NCBI GenBank assembly: GCA_965222125.1
Contig: CBDCTC010000006.1
Coordinates: 408,435-472,434, forward strand
From: Dehalococcoidia bacterium
Lineage (GTDB): Bacteria > Chloroflexota > Dehalococcoidia > Lucifugimonadales > CAZENU01
Length of the DNA: 64,000 nt
Reading direction: 5' to 3'
Below are positions 9,272 to 18,638 of this stretch, one piece after another. The notes below the pieces were generated by a model. That model had not been told where the DNA came from and searched no databases. It worked only from the letters and a program-made list of their open reading frames with translations. The position numbers and the translations under genes are program-made. Every line of letters starts with the position of its first letter. The first letter of the stretch is position 1.

Positions 9272-12200
9272 ATGTTCAACCTGGTGGACTCGAAGGTCGA
9301 CTTTCCCACACAGGAGCAAGAGACGCTCGCCTGGTGGGAGGAGAACGGCATCGTCGAGAAGTACCTGAAGCGCAACGACGCCTCGGAGAAACGCTTCTCG
9401 TTCATCGACGGGCCGATCACGGCCAACAACCCGATGGGCGTGCATCACGGTTGGGGGAGGACCTACAAGGACCTCTTCCAACGGTTCAAGACGATGCAGG
9501 GCTACCGGCAGCGCTACCAGAACGGGTTCGACGGCCAGGGGCTGTGGATTGAGGTCGAGGTCGAAAAGGAGCTCGGATTCGAGTCGAAGCGGGACATCGA
9601 GGAGTTCGGCATCGACAAGTTCGTCGAGCTGTGCAAGCAGCGAGTCCGCAAGTTCGCCGACGTTCAGACGTGGCAATCGGTCCAGCTCGGCTACTGGATG
9701 GACTGGGACAACTCGTACCACACGATGGCGGACGAGAACAACTACACCATCTGGCACTTCCTGAAGGTGTGTCACGAGCGTGGCTGGATATACGAAGGCA
9801 CCGATGTCATGCCGTGGTGCCCGCGCTGCGGGACCGGGCTGTCGCAGCACGAGATCGTTACCGAGGGCTACAAGGAGATCACCCATCCCGGCCTCTACTT
9901 GCGCTTCCCGCTGGTCGACCGGGAGGGCGAGTCGCTGCTGGTCTGGACGACGACGCCGTGGACGCTGACCAGCAACACAGCGGCCTACGTTCACCCGGAG
10001 TTCACCTACGCGAAGGCGCGCACGGCGGACGGCGTCTTCTACCTGCTGAAGAGCCGGCTGTCGGAGCTGAAGCAGGAGTACGAGCTGCTGGAGGAGATGC
10101 CGGGCCGCGAGCTCGACGGGCTGCGCTACCGGGGGCCGTTCGACGAGCTGCCGGCGCAGCGCGGCGTGGAGCGCCGCGTCGTGCTGTTCGACGACGTCAG
10201 CGAACGCGAGGGCACCGGCGTCGTGCACGCCGCCCCTGGAGCGGGCGAGGCCGACTTCGAGCTGAGCAAGCGCGAGGGACTGACGGTCATCGCGCCCCTG
10301 AACGAGTTCGGTGTATTCGTCGATGGCTTCGACTGGCTGACGGGACGCAGCGTCTTCGAGGTCAACGACGACATCTATCGCAGCCTGCGGGACAAGGGGC
10401 TCTTCTATCGCCTCGAGTCCTATGACCACCGCTACCCCGTCTGTTGGCGCTGCGATACGGAGCTGGTGTTCAGGTTGGTGGACGAGTGGTTCATCTCGAT
10501 GGACGAGCTGCGCGACCTGATCGCGCGCGTCACCAGGAACGTCAAGTGGGTTCCAGCGTTCGGGCTCCAACGGGAGCTGGACTGGCTCCGCAACATGGAC
10601 GACTGGATGATCTCCAAGAAGCGGTACTGGGGCCTGGCCCTGCCGATCTACAAGTGCGAGTGCGGCCACTTCGAGGTCATCGGCAGCGAAACGGAGCTGG
10701 AGGCCAGGGCGATAGAGGGCTGGGACCAATTCGAGGGACACTCGCCGCATCGGCCGTGGATCGACGTGGTCAAGATCCAGTGCACACAGTGCGGCACGGC
10801 CGTCTCGAGAATCCGAGACGTCGGCAACCCGTGGCTCGACGCGGGCATCGTGCCGTTCTCCACGATGGGCTACCGGGACGACCGCGCCTACTGGCGGGAC
10901 TGGTTCCCCGGCGACCTGATCTCCGAGAGCTTCCCCGGCCAGTTCCGCAACTGGTTCTACTCCCTGCTCACCATGAGCACGGTGCTCGAGGACTCGGAGC
11001 CGTTCAAGGCCGTCTTCAGCTACGCGATGATGCGGGACGAGCATGGCGAGGAGATGCACAAGAGCAAGGGCAACGCCATCTGGTTCGAGGACGCCGCAGG
11101 GAAGATGGGTGTCGACTCTATGCGGTGGGTGTACAGCAGGCAGCGGCCGGAGGCCAATCTCAACTTCGGCTTCGGCGTCGCCGACGGGGTACGCCGCAGC
11201 TTCCTGATACCGCTCTGGAACGTCTACTCGTTCTTCGTGACCTACGCCAACATCGACGGCTACGACCCGCGTACCGCCGCGCCGCCGGTGGAGCAGAGGC
11301 CTGAGCTGGACCGGTGGATCATCTCCGAGCTGAACGAGCTGGTGGCCGAAGTCACCGCGGACCTGGAGCGGTACTCGCCTCAGGACGCATGCATACGGGT
11401 CGAGAGCTTCGTAGGCTACCTTTCCAACTGGTATGTCCGCCGCAGCCGCCGCCGCTTCTGGAAGAGCGAGGCGGACGACGACAAGCTGGCGGCCCACTCG
11501 ACCCTGTACGAGTGCCTGGTCACGCTGACCCGGCTGCTGGCGCCGTTCGTGCCGTTCGTGACCGAGGTCATGTACCAGAACCTGGCGCGCCCCGCGAACG
11601 GCCCGGTCGAGAGCGTACATCTTGAGTCCTACCCGGTCGCCGACGAGGCGAGGATCGACCACGGCCTGTCGGAGGCAACCCGGCTGGCGATGAGGCTGTC
11701 CAGTCTCGGCAGGGCGGCCCGCAGCAAGGCCGGGATCAAGGTACGCCAGCCGCTGGACCGCGCCGTAGTGGCTCTGCGGTCCGAGTCCGAGCGCTCCGCC
11801 CTGGAGCGCATCAAGGACCAGGTGCGAGACGAGCTGAACGTCAAGGACGTAGCGGCGATGGAAGACGACGGCGAGATCGTCGGCCTCCACGTCGAGGCCG
11901 TCCTCTCGAAGGTCGGCCCGCGATTTGGCGCTAAGACGAGAGACGTGGTGGCTGCCCTTCAGGCAGCGGACTCACGCGAGGTTCACCGGAGGGTCAGTGG
12001 CGGGCATCCGGTCGAGGTGGGCGAATTCACGCTTGAGCCGGACGAGGTCTCGGTGGCGCGCACGGATGCCCCGGGCTACGTCTCGGCAACGGAGGCGGAG
12101 TACACCGTCGCGGTCACGAAGAAGATCAGCCGCGATCTCGAGCTCGAGGGTCTGGCCCGGGAGCTCGTGCACGTCGTCCAGAACATGAGGCGCTCCGCGG

Positions 12201-12400
12201 GATTCGACATAGCCGACCACATCGACATGTACGTCACCGGCGACGCGGAGCTGGACGAGCTGCTGGCGGCGCACGGCGACTACGTCCGGCGCGAGACGCT
12301 TGCGGACGCGGTCGAGAGAAGGGCGGCGCCCGAGGGAGCGTTCTCCGAGTCGCACAAGGTCAACGGCCGGGAGGCGCTCGTCGGCCTAGTGCGCCGTTAG
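9272..12400 (+). CDS. ileS: isoleucine--tRNA ligase
   Basis: ATG 9272 lies behind GGTAGGAG. HIGH-type motif PMGVHHGWGR, KMSKS-type motif MHKSKGN, and an editing-domain insertion. 1042 aa. Confidence 0.95.
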   Translation: MFNLVDSKVDFPTQEQETLAWWEENGIVEKYLKRNDASEKRFSFIDGPITANNPMGVHHGWGRTYKDLFQRFKTMQGYRQRYQNGFDGQGLWIEVEVEKELGFESKRDIEEFGIDKFVELCKQRVRKFADVQTWQSVQLGYWMDWDNSYHTMADENNYTIWHFLKVCHERGWIYEGTDVMPWCPRCGTGLSQHEIVTEGYKEITHPGLYLRFPLVDREGESLLVWTTTPWTLTSNTAAYVHPEFTYAKARTADGVFYLLKSRLSELKQEYELLEEMPGRELDGLRYRGPFDELPAQRGVERRVVLFDDVSEREGTGVVHAAPGAGEADFELSKREGLTVIAPLNEFGVFVDGFDWLTGRSVFEVNDDIYRSLRDKGLFYRLESYDHRYPVCWRCDTELVFRLVDEWFISMDELRDLIARVTRNVKWVPAFGLQRELDWLRNMDDWMISKKRYWGLALPIYKCECGHFEVIGSETELEARAIEGWDQFEGHSPHRPWIDVVKIQCTQCGTAVSRIRDVGNPWLDAGIVPFSTMGYRDDRAYWRDWFPGDLISESFPGQFRNWFYSLLTMSTVLEDSEPFKAVFSYAMMRDEHGEEMHKSKGNAIWFEDAAGKMGVDSMRWVYSRQRPEANLNFGFGVADGVRRSFLIPLWNVYSFFVTYANIDGYDPRTAAPPVEQRPELDRWIISELNELVAEVTADLERYSPQDACIRVESFVGYLSNWYVRRSRRRFWKSEADDDKLAAHSTLYECLVTLTRLLAPFVPFVTEVMYQNLARPANGPVESVHLESYPVADEARIDHGLSEATRLAMRLSSLGRAARSKAGIKVRQPLDRAVVALRSESERSALERIKDQVRDELNVKDVAAMEDDGEIVGLHVEAVLSKVGPRFGAKTRDVVAALQAADSREVHRRVSGGHPVEVGEFTLEPDEVSVARTDAPGYVSATEAEYTVAVTKKISRDLELEGLARELVHVVQNMRRSAGFDIADHIDMYVTGDAELDELLAAHGDYVRRETLADAVERRAAPEGAFSESHKVNGREALVGLVRR

Positions 12401-12620
12401 AGGGGACTCTTTCAGGAACGGTCCGGCGGGCCGGACTGGACGGAATTGAGAGTTGCGCTGCTCACACCCGTCCGAGAGCATGGGTATGGTGTACGTCAGC
12501 GTCGTCTCGTCTCCGGCCACCTCAATGCCTCCACGGAATTGCTGAAAAGGGCCTTACGCTCAGGGAACGGGGCTTCCGGCAAGAACCCTCTGCTATCGTG
12601 AGGTTCGGATCGCGGCCAAT

Positions 12621-13622
12621 CTACTCTCGCCGATACAGTAGAATGACCGCCTCGTGGGGCACTGCGTGTCGCGATAGAACAGCCTTTATCTCTCTTTCTG
12701 TTTTGTCGGGGTATTCCGGGCGGACCTCTATGGTCAGGCGGTTCTTGCTCGAGTCAGCGTTGACGATCCCCGCGCCCGGGATCTTGCGTATCTCATCCAA
12801 GATCGTCCCATACCATTCCACCAGTTGAGTCCACGTGTAGGTCCCTTGGACCGCCCGTACTCCCAGGAGACTTTGAAACGACTTTCGGCCCAACTGCTCG
12901 ATCACGAGTTCTTCTGCCACCTCTTGTGACGGTTCGAGCAGGTAGACACTGGCGATGCCGGACTCCACGTAAAATCCGCCGAAGCCAGGCATAGAAAGCC
13001 CTGTGATTGGATCGATGGTCTCGGCTGATATGCATTCAAATCCCCCAAGTCTAGTTAAGGGGCGTTCCTGCACTTCAACAACGACGGCCTCCATAGCTGG
13101 CGGAGGTAACCTCTTCTGCAAGATCAGACGCACGCGGTCTACATTGCTTTCGCAGTCCACGCCGACCACGATACGACTGTGCTTCAGATCCCGGCCTGTC
13201 ATGTTCACCTCTGGGATGTCGAATACCTGGGCATCCCGTACAGCCTTGTCGTATTCCAGGAGCTGCTTCATGGTGTATCGCGCCTTGAGCGGACGGACCT
13301 CCCTGATATGCTGCATCCGCCCAAGGCCAAAGTGCTTGGCGGCGGCCGCTTCCGCCGCCGCTTGAGAGGGGTTCACCAGGTATACGTACAGGACACTGTT
13401 GTCGTTGGGATCCAGGAACATCCCCGAGAACCCCGCCTCCTCCAGAGGAGGCGGGGTTGGCGTGGGGCTGGGACCTCCCGCAATGGGCGCCGCCAATGGC
13501 GTGTCAAGCAGAGAGGGAACCCTCGTGTCAGGCCTCCCACACGCCGTGGTAGCTGAGGCCAGGACGGCTGTCAGCACCACGCATACACGGAGCGAAGTCG
13601 ACGGCCAGATCATTATCAGCAA
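12621..13622 (-). CDS. hypothetical secreted lipoprotein with an internal duplication
   Basis: N-terminus ...LRVCVVLTAVLASATTAC has a signal peptide plus lipobox-like Cys. Two related halves are visible (VLYVYLVNPSQAAAEAA... and SVYLLEPSQEVAEEL...). ATG 13613 is an alternative start. Confidence 0.6.
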   Translation of the reverse strand: MLIMIWPSTSLRVCVVLTAVLASATTACGRPDTRVPSLLDTPLAAPIAGGPSPTPTPPPLEEAGFSGMFLDPNDNSVLYVYLVNPSQAAAEAAAAKHFGLGRMQHIREVRPLKARYTMKQLLEYDKAVRDAQVFDIPEVNMTGRDLKHSRIVVGVDCESNVDRVRLILQKRLPPPAMEAVVVEVQERPLTRLGGFECISAETIDPITGLSMPGFGGFYVESGIASVYLLEPSQEVAEELVIEQLGRKSFQSLLGVRAVQGTYTWTQLVEWYGTILDEIRKIPGAGIVNADSSKNRLTIEVRPEYPDKTEREIKAVLSRHAVPHEAVILLYRRE

Positions 13623-13727
13623 TTGAAGTCAGGATCGCACGAGTTCCAAGTGTCGTAGAGTCCTAGGTCACGGTAAATGCCGCCGACCGGGCTGATCCAG
13701 ATCATCGTAGTACCAGTTGCTTACTCC

Positions 13728-13760
13728 AAAGAGAAAGCCCCCGCCTGAACGACGGGGGCT
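13728..13760 (-). terminator. intrinsic terminator
   Basis: On the minus strand, AGCCCCCG-(9 nt)-CGGGGGCT is followed by TTCTCTTT. It lies downstream of the 13832..14155 gene. Confidence 0.5.
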
Positions 13761-13831
13761 TTAACTACAGATCGCGTTCGCCTAGCTACCGGAGACGTTG
13801 GTCGGGCCAGCAGAGAACCCTTACACCGTCT

Positions 13832-14155
13832 CTAAAGCATTCCACTCTGTCGAACGTAGGTGCTGGGACTGTGTGTACACTTGTCTTTGGTGCCTCTGGA
13901 CTGACGATGAAGACCAATTCTCCCGAACAGGGCACTCTCCCCTCTGCTGTCGTAGCACACGTCAGTAGGAGCGGTTATGAACTGCACCACCGGCATTCCG
14001 AGGGCTACGACTCCGAACACAACAGCTACAGCGTATCCGATGACCCGTAGACCTACTTCCTTCGATGTCTTGACCAGGAGGACGCCCACGGCTGCGAACA
14101 CCCCAAACATGACGAACGGAATCAGCATCATCGCGATCAGTTCCCATGTAACCAT
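13832..14155 (-). CDS. small two-TM membrane protein (paralogue of 14323..14601)
   Basis: Two hydrophobic helices flank a GLRVIGYAV motif shared with the neighbouring 92-aa protein (GLRVAGYLV). Cys-containing tail. Confidence 0.55.
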   Translation of the reverse strand: MVTWELIAMMLIPFVMFGVFAAVGVLLVKTSKEVGLRVIGYAVAVVFGVVALGMPVVQFITAPTDVCYDSRGESALFGRIGLHRQSRGTKDKCTHSPSTYVRQSGML

Positions 14156-14292
14156 CAGCTTCTCCTAGGGATCCGTGCTGCCGTCGCCGTACTGGAACAG
14201 TTACCGGTGCCTAGCACCATCAGCACCGCGTTGGTCAGCAAGGAACAAGACCTACCCTGTAGATTTGGTGGTGGTACCCTTGCTGACACGCC

Positions 14293-14320
14293 AAGAAAAC
14301 CCCCGTCGGAGTGACGGGGG
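14293..14320 (-). terminator. intrinsic terminator
   Basis: On the minus strand, CCCCCGTC-ACTCC-GACGGGGG is followed by TTTTCTT, immediately after the stop at 14323. Confidence 0.6.
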
Positions 14321-14322
14321 TT

Positions 14323-14601
14323 CTATGGTGGGGTTGTGGTAGCTTTCCCGTCCACCACATAGATGAACGCTGGTGGGTCTTGGCACTCTACTTCTACTCC
14401 ATTTCTTGTGCAGACCGTCTCACTGACGATGCTGAAGAACAACAGCGTGGGTATGATGAGAGCCAAGAAAGCTGCGACTACTGAGACGAGGTACCCTGCT
14501 ACTCGGAGTCCTGGCTCACTGACTCTCCACGCTGTCACAGCGCCGAAAGTAGCGAATAGGGCGAATAGCAGAAATACCCCGCCGATGGCGACGTAGATCA
14601 T
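14323..14601 (-). CDS. small two-TM membrane protein
   Basis: MIYVAIGGVFLLFALFATFGAV...GLRVAGYLVSVVAAFLALIIPTLLFF...CTRNGVEVEC. Its ATG overlaps the upstream TAA by 1 nt (TAATG). The 198-aa ORF-track version is an extension through the upstream gene. Confidence 0.55.
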   Translation of the reverse strand: MIYVAIGGVFLLFALFATFGAVTAWRVSEPGLRVAGYLVSVVAAFLALIIPTLLFFSIVSETVCTRNGVEVECQDPPAFIYVVDGKATTTPP

Positions 14602-14867
14602 TAGTCGTACTCGCCTGTACCGTATTGGGTCTTGTGGATGTACTCCAAGTAGTAGGAGCACACTTCCAAGGTCGGGCAGTAGCGGAACTCGCCTCTGGCG
14701 AAGTCGTCCGCGCTTGTCTCGCCATAGCCGCCGGTCTTGGTTGACCACACGGTGCCCATGAATGTCCAGAATGGCCAGTACGACTGACCACCTGTGTTGA
14801 AGATGGTGTCCGCCGTGATGATCGTGCCATTGTAGGAGAACAGCGTCCGGGACCAGTAGCGGTACAT
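14601..14867 (-). CDS. hypothetical aromatic-rich 88-aa protein
   Basis: ORF translationally coupled to the downstream membrane protein. Rich in W/Y/F/T/G, with 2 Cys. No family recognised. Confidence 0.45.
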   Translation of the reverse strand: MYRYWSRTLFSYNGTIITADTIFNTGGQSYWPFWTFMGTVWSTKTGGYGETSADDFARGEFRYCPTLEVCSYYLEYIHKTQYGTGEYD

Positions 14868-14936
14868 CTTCCATCCATTTGGAGCGTAGGCAACGCGATC
14901 CCGGGTGTAGTTGTGGCAACCACTATCACTGCTGCC

Positions 14937-15179
14937 CTAGACGGCCGAGTCCGAACTCACTGTCTCCTCGACCGTCACGTTGCTGGCGGTCTCGATGACT
15001 AGAGCCTGTTCTGCCGGCGTCATCTCTGCCAGAGCCGCTTCGGGGTCGGGCGCTGCGAGAATGATAGCCATCAACTCGTCAACGTCCCTTACCTCAGGTG
15101 AGGCGCTTACCACCCCGCTAAAGAGAAGCATCGCCGCGCTTATCGTCACGAGTAGAACAATGACTCTTGTCGCTTGCAT
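14937..15179 (-). CDS. hypothetical small secreted protein (80 aa)
   Basis: ATG 15179 lies behind GGGAGGAAGG. Signal peptide MQATRVIVLLVTISAAMLLFSGVVSA, then an acidic region. The 191-aa ORF-track version is an unlikely extension. Confidence 0.55.
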   Translation of the reverse strand: MQATRVIVLLVTISAAMLLFSGVVSASPEVRDVDELMAIILAAPDPEAALAEMTPAEQALVIETASNVTVEETVSSDSAV

Positions 15180-15230
15180 CGCCTTCCTCCCTTCAGAAAT
15201 GTTTACGCTGACCATGATAGGGCCTCGATG

Positions 15231-15320
15231 TGAAATGGCCGTGAAAAACAACCCCGTTTCCATGAAAGAAGCCATGAAAAACTCTGGGTTTCCATGAAAA
15301 AACCACCGATTTCCGTGAAA
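15231..15320. promoter_or_regulatory. array of six helically phased (C)C(A/G)TGAAA direct repeats in a divergent intergenic region
   Basis: TGAAA starts at 15231, 15242, 15263, 15275, 15295 and 15316, giving spacings of 11, 21, 12, 20 and 21 nt. The array lies between the mini-protein operon and the HK-RR gene. Confidence 0.4.
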
Positions 15321-15348
15321 GCTCTTCCAAGGCGATGGCCGTGATAGA

Positions 15349-17580
15349 ATGCCAACCACTCGTATCTCACGATTTGGCGACCAAAGGATGCGGCGGCATG
15401 GGCAGGGGACGGCGATTGAAGAGGGAAGATTCGGAAGCGCGAGAGATCGAGAGGCTGCGGGCTCGCGTCGCGAGGCCAGCCGCCGCATCACCGAGAGTTG
15501 GGACCTCGACACCGTGCTTCAGAAAGTCGTCGACGGCGCCCGCTCGCTGACCGACGCTCGATATGGCGCAGTCGGGGTGTTCGACGACTCCGGGCGCATA
15601 CGGGACTTCATCACCTCCGACATCACCAGCGAACAGCGTCGACTGCTGGGAGGTCTGCCCAAGGGGTTGGGACTCCTCGGTTACCTGAATGAGATTCGAG
15701 AGCCGCTGCGGCTTACCGACCTCACCCGTCATTCCCAGTCGGTCGGCTTCCCCGAGAACTACCCGCTGAGGAGAACCTTCCTCGGCTCGCCGATCCGCCA
15801 TCTCGGCGAACCGGTCGGCAACATCTACCTCACGGAGAAGGAAGGCGGCGAGGAGTTCACACTCGAAGACGAAGAGACCCTGGTCATGTTCGCGTCACAG
15901 GCCGCAGTCGCGATCGCCAACGCCCAACGATACGGGGCAGAGCGGCGGGCCAGGGATGAGATGGAGACCGAGAGGCGTCGGTTGGCGGCCCTAGTAGAGT
16001 CCTCACCGGTCGGTGTCATGGTGGTTGACGCCGGCACGAGGACCTTCGCGTCGGTCAACCAGGAGGCGGAGCGCATCCTGGGCATGTCGCCGGAGCCCGG
16101 CTCCACGCTTGTGCGATATCACGAGGTGGCGATCTACCGTCGAACGGACGGCAAGAAGTACGAAAGCCACGAACGTCCGCTGACGAGGGCGCTGGACCGC
16201 GGCGAGGTCGTGCGGGCAGAAGAGATATTGTTGAATCGCCCGGACGGTCGGACGGTGACCACTCTCGTCAACGCGACGCCGATCTATTCGGATGGCGGGG
16301 AGATAATATCCGCCGTCGCCGTGATCCAGGACATGACGCCGTTGGAGGAGATAGAACGCCTGCGCAATGAGTTCCTAGCCATGGTGAGCCACGAGCTGCG
16401 AACGCCCCTGACCACCATCAAGGGTTGCACGGGTATCGTGTTGGGCAGCTCCGATCCGCTCGATATCTCCGAGATGCTCCAGTACTTCCGAATGATAGAC
16501 GAGCAGTCGGATCATCTGCGTGGCCTCGTCAACAATCTCCTCGACATGACACGGATAGAAGCGGGAGCCCTATCGGTAACTCCGAAGCCCACGGATGTGA
16601 AATCCCTGGTTGACGAAGCAAGAGCCACGTTCCTCCGCCGCGGGGCCCGGAATACCGTTGAGGTGGACCTCGACCCGAACCTGCCGCTCATCGCGGCGGA
16701 TAGGCGGCGCCTGACTCAGGTGATGGACAATCTGCTGTCCAACGCGTCCAAGTACTCGCCGGACCTCTCCACGATCAGGGTGACCGGATCACGGGATGGA
16801 CTCCACGTGGCAGTCTCAGTATCAGATGAAGGGAGTGGAATACCTTCCGAACAACTGACTGTGCTGTTCAAGAAGTTCTCTCGGGTAGACGACGGCGGCC
16901 GCGAAAGGAAGGTTGCAGGCGAGGGTCTGGGTCTTGCGATCTGCAAGGGGATAGTCGAGGCGCATGGAGGACGTATCTGGGCCGAGAGTGGAGTGGAGGG
17001 AAAAGGCACGCGGATCACGTTTACGATTCCCGAGGCCGCCTACGCTGCTCAGGTATCCTCCGGCGATGCTGTGGTCGCTGCTCCGAGTGATCAAGTTCGG
17101 TTACTTGCGGTAGACGACGAACCTCAAGTGCTGTGGCTCCTCCAGAACATCCTCTCTGAACAAGGATACAAGCTGTCCGGGACCGGCAACCCGGACGAGA
17201 TGATGCGCTTGTTGGGGACGGAGCAGCCCCACCTTGTCTTGTTGGACTTGATGCTGCCCGGTACCAGCGGGTTCGAGTTGATGGGCCGCATCCGGGAAGT
17301 GTCAGAAGCGCCGATCATCTTCCTGTCCGCGAACGACCAGGAGGAGAACGTAGTGAAGGCCCTCAAGATGGGAGCCGACGACTACATTGTCAAACCGTTC
17401 TCTTCGACTGAATTGCTGGCGAGAGTCGCATCATTCCTGCGGAAGCGGAGAGGGGCCGGTACGACCATGCCGCGCCAGCCCTTCAAATTGGGCGACCTAG
17501 CTATCGACTCTACCGACCGCAGCGTGACGGTATCCGGGCGTCCGGTTCAGTTGTCCGCAACTTATACCATTTCAGGCTAA
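15349..17580 (+). CDS. GAF-PAS-HisKA-HATPase-REC hybrid sensor kinase fused to an OmpR-type output; 3' end cut off by an IS630-family insertion
   Basis: H-box FLAMVSHELRTPLTTI; N/G boxes DNLLSNASKYSP, DEGSGIP and GEGLGLAICKGIVEAHGG; receiver LLAVDDEPQVL...LVLLDLMLPGTSG...KPF; the beginning of a winged helix ...RSVTVSGRPVQLSAT. The ORF then reads into the IS. Confidence 0.85.
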   Translation: MPTTRISRFGDQRMRRHGQGTAIEEGRFGSARDREAAGSRREASRRITESWDLDTVLQKVVDGARSLTDARYGAVGVFDDSGRIRDFITSDITSEQRRLLGGLPKGLGLLGYLNEIREPLRLTDLTRHSQSVGFPENYPLRRTFLGSPIRHLGEPVGNIYLTEKEGGEEFTLEDEETLVMFASQAAVAIANAQRYGAERRARDEMETERRRLAALVESSPVGVMVVDAGTRTFASVNQEAERILGMSPEPGSTLVRYHEVAIYRRTDGKKYESHERPLTRALDRGEVVRAEEILLNRPDGRTVTTLVNATPIYSDGGEIISAVAVIQDMTPLEEIERLRNEFLAMVSHELRTPLTTIKGCTGIVLGSSDPLDISEMLQYFRMIDEQSDHLRGLVNNLLDMTRIEAGALSVTPKPTDVKSLVDEARATFLRRGARNTVEVDLDPNLPLIAADRRRLTQVMDNLLSNASKYSPDLSTIRVTGSRDGLHVAVSVSDEGSGIPSEQLTVLFKKFSRVDDGGRERKVAGEGLGLAICKGIVEAHGGRIWAESGVEGKGTRITFTIPEAAYAAQVSSGDAVVAAPSDQVRLLAVDDEPQVLWLLQNILSEQGYKLSGTGNPDEMMRLLGTEQPHLVLLDLMLPGTSGFELMGRIREVSEAPIIFLSANDQEENVVKALKMGADDYIVKPFSSTELLARVASFLRKRRGAGTTMPRQPFKLGDLAIDSTDRSVTVSGRPVQLSATYTISG

Positions 17581-18165
17581 TGAGGCCGCATAGTGTGCTG
17601 GAAGACTTCGCGTTGAGTGTTTGATCCAGTTCCACGCTGTTAACGAGCGTACGCGACCAGGATCATACTCCAACTCACGCAGGTAGGAATCAACCGCCTC
17701 CATCTTCTCTTCCACACTCTCGTACACCCTCCCCTCCACCCAGCGACGGACCTCCTGGAACACACGCTCAGCAGGATTGAGCTCTGGACTGTAGGGCGGC
17801 TGGACTATCGTCGGCAGTCCTACGCCCTCGACCAGCCCGGCGCGGTGACCGCGAGCTCCATCCCACACCAGCGCTGCGATGTCCGAGTGATGCTTCAGGC
17901 CATTGACCGCTGCTGCTATCGACTCGGACTTCATTGAGTCGATCCAACTCCACTGTAGCCTGCCCCTCCGAACGTCCACTACCAGGAACAGGTACGTCCA
18001 CCGGTACACCATCTGCACCCTCTGCACCACCTTCACTCCACGACGCCCCCATACTCTGCGAACCATCCCCCTCAGACCCACTCGCATCTCGTCGGCAAAG
18101 CCAAAGGCCGTCTCTGATGTCACCCCCACTCTGGTAAGGCTGTCTGCGAGGCCCCCTTTTTCCAC
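17572..18165 (-). CDS. IS630-family transposase, DDE catalytic part (orfB)
   Basis: ...LVWDGARGHRAG...PPYSPELNPAERVFQEVRRWVEG. It is in the -1 frame relative to orfA, with a 46-nt overlap. Confidence 0.8.
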   Translation of the reverse strand: MEKGGLADSLTRVGVTSETAFGFADEMRVGLRGMVRRVWGRRGVKVVQRVQMVYRWTYLFLVVDVRRGRLQWSWIDSMKSESIAAAVNGLKHHSDIAALVWDGARGHRAGLVEGVGLPTIVQPPYSPELNPAERVFQEVRRWVEGRVYESVEEKMEAVDSYLRELEYDPGRVRSLTAWNWIKHSTRSLPAHYAASLA

Positions 18166-18638
18166 GACTCCTGTGCTGCCAGATCCGCTTTCTCATGGCG
18201 GCCCCTCGGAACCTTCGGTGAACATCCCAACCGGGACAGCAGGCTGTAGACGCTGCCCGGTTTGTAACTCACACCGTACTCAGACTCTATCCAGTCCCTG
18301 ATCTCTCCCGCCGTCCTGAAACGTCCGATCGACACCTCCTCGGTCAACTCCCGCTCTTGCTCCGCGCTCAGAAACCGGGGTTGACCTCTCCCCCCCATCT
18401 TGTGGGCACTCACTTCCCCCATACCGCCCTCTCTATACCAGCCCACCCACTGCTGGACCGTGCGCTGATGAACCCCTACCGCCCTTGCCGCCTCACCGAG
18501 TTGCCACCCCGAACGCACCAGCCACAGTCCGTGTAGCCGAGTCCGCAGGGTGATATCCTGTTCCCCATGGTAGGCTGACTTCAGCGCCTCCGGACTATCC
18601 TCTGCCCGCCAATCTATTCGAAGCGGTCGTCCGATCAT
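18120..18638 (-). CDS. IS630-family transposase, HTH part (orfA)
   Basis: Winged-helix/HTH N-terminal domain. The overlap with orfB contains TGG-AAA-AAG-GGG (A5G slippery-type run, plus-strand 18156-18161). Confidence 0.8.
   Translation of the reverse strand: MIGRPLRIDWRAEDSPEALKSAYHGEQDITLRTRLHGLWLVRSGWQLGEAARAVGVHQRTVQQWVGWYREGGMGEVSAHKMGGRGQPRFLSAEQERELTEEVSIGRFRTAGEIRDWIESEYGVSYKPGSVYSLLSRLGCSPKVPRGRHEKADLAAQESWKKGASQTALPEWG

Noticed and set aside
9101-11890. 929-aa minus-strand ORF and several 60-290-aa ORFs overlapping ileS
   Set aside because: They are antisense or off-frame to an unmistakable IleRS. Their composition is typical of high-G+C shadow ORFs.
12419-12436. Hairpin GTCCGG-CGGG-CCGGAC 20 nt after the ileS stop as a terminator
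   Set aside because: It has only a 6-bp stem and no U-tract. It is plausible as a weak terminator in a high-G+C organism but cannot be supported from sequence alone.
14868-14939. Read-through fusion of the 80-aa signal-peptide protein with the 88-aa protein (same frame, no stop for 22 codons after the TAG)
   Set aside because: The frame coincidence can easily arise by chance, TAG is a normal stop here, and the 88-aa ORF has its own ATG. It is mentioned only because the intervening 22 codons (GSSDSGCHNYTRDRVAYAPNGWK) look protein-like.
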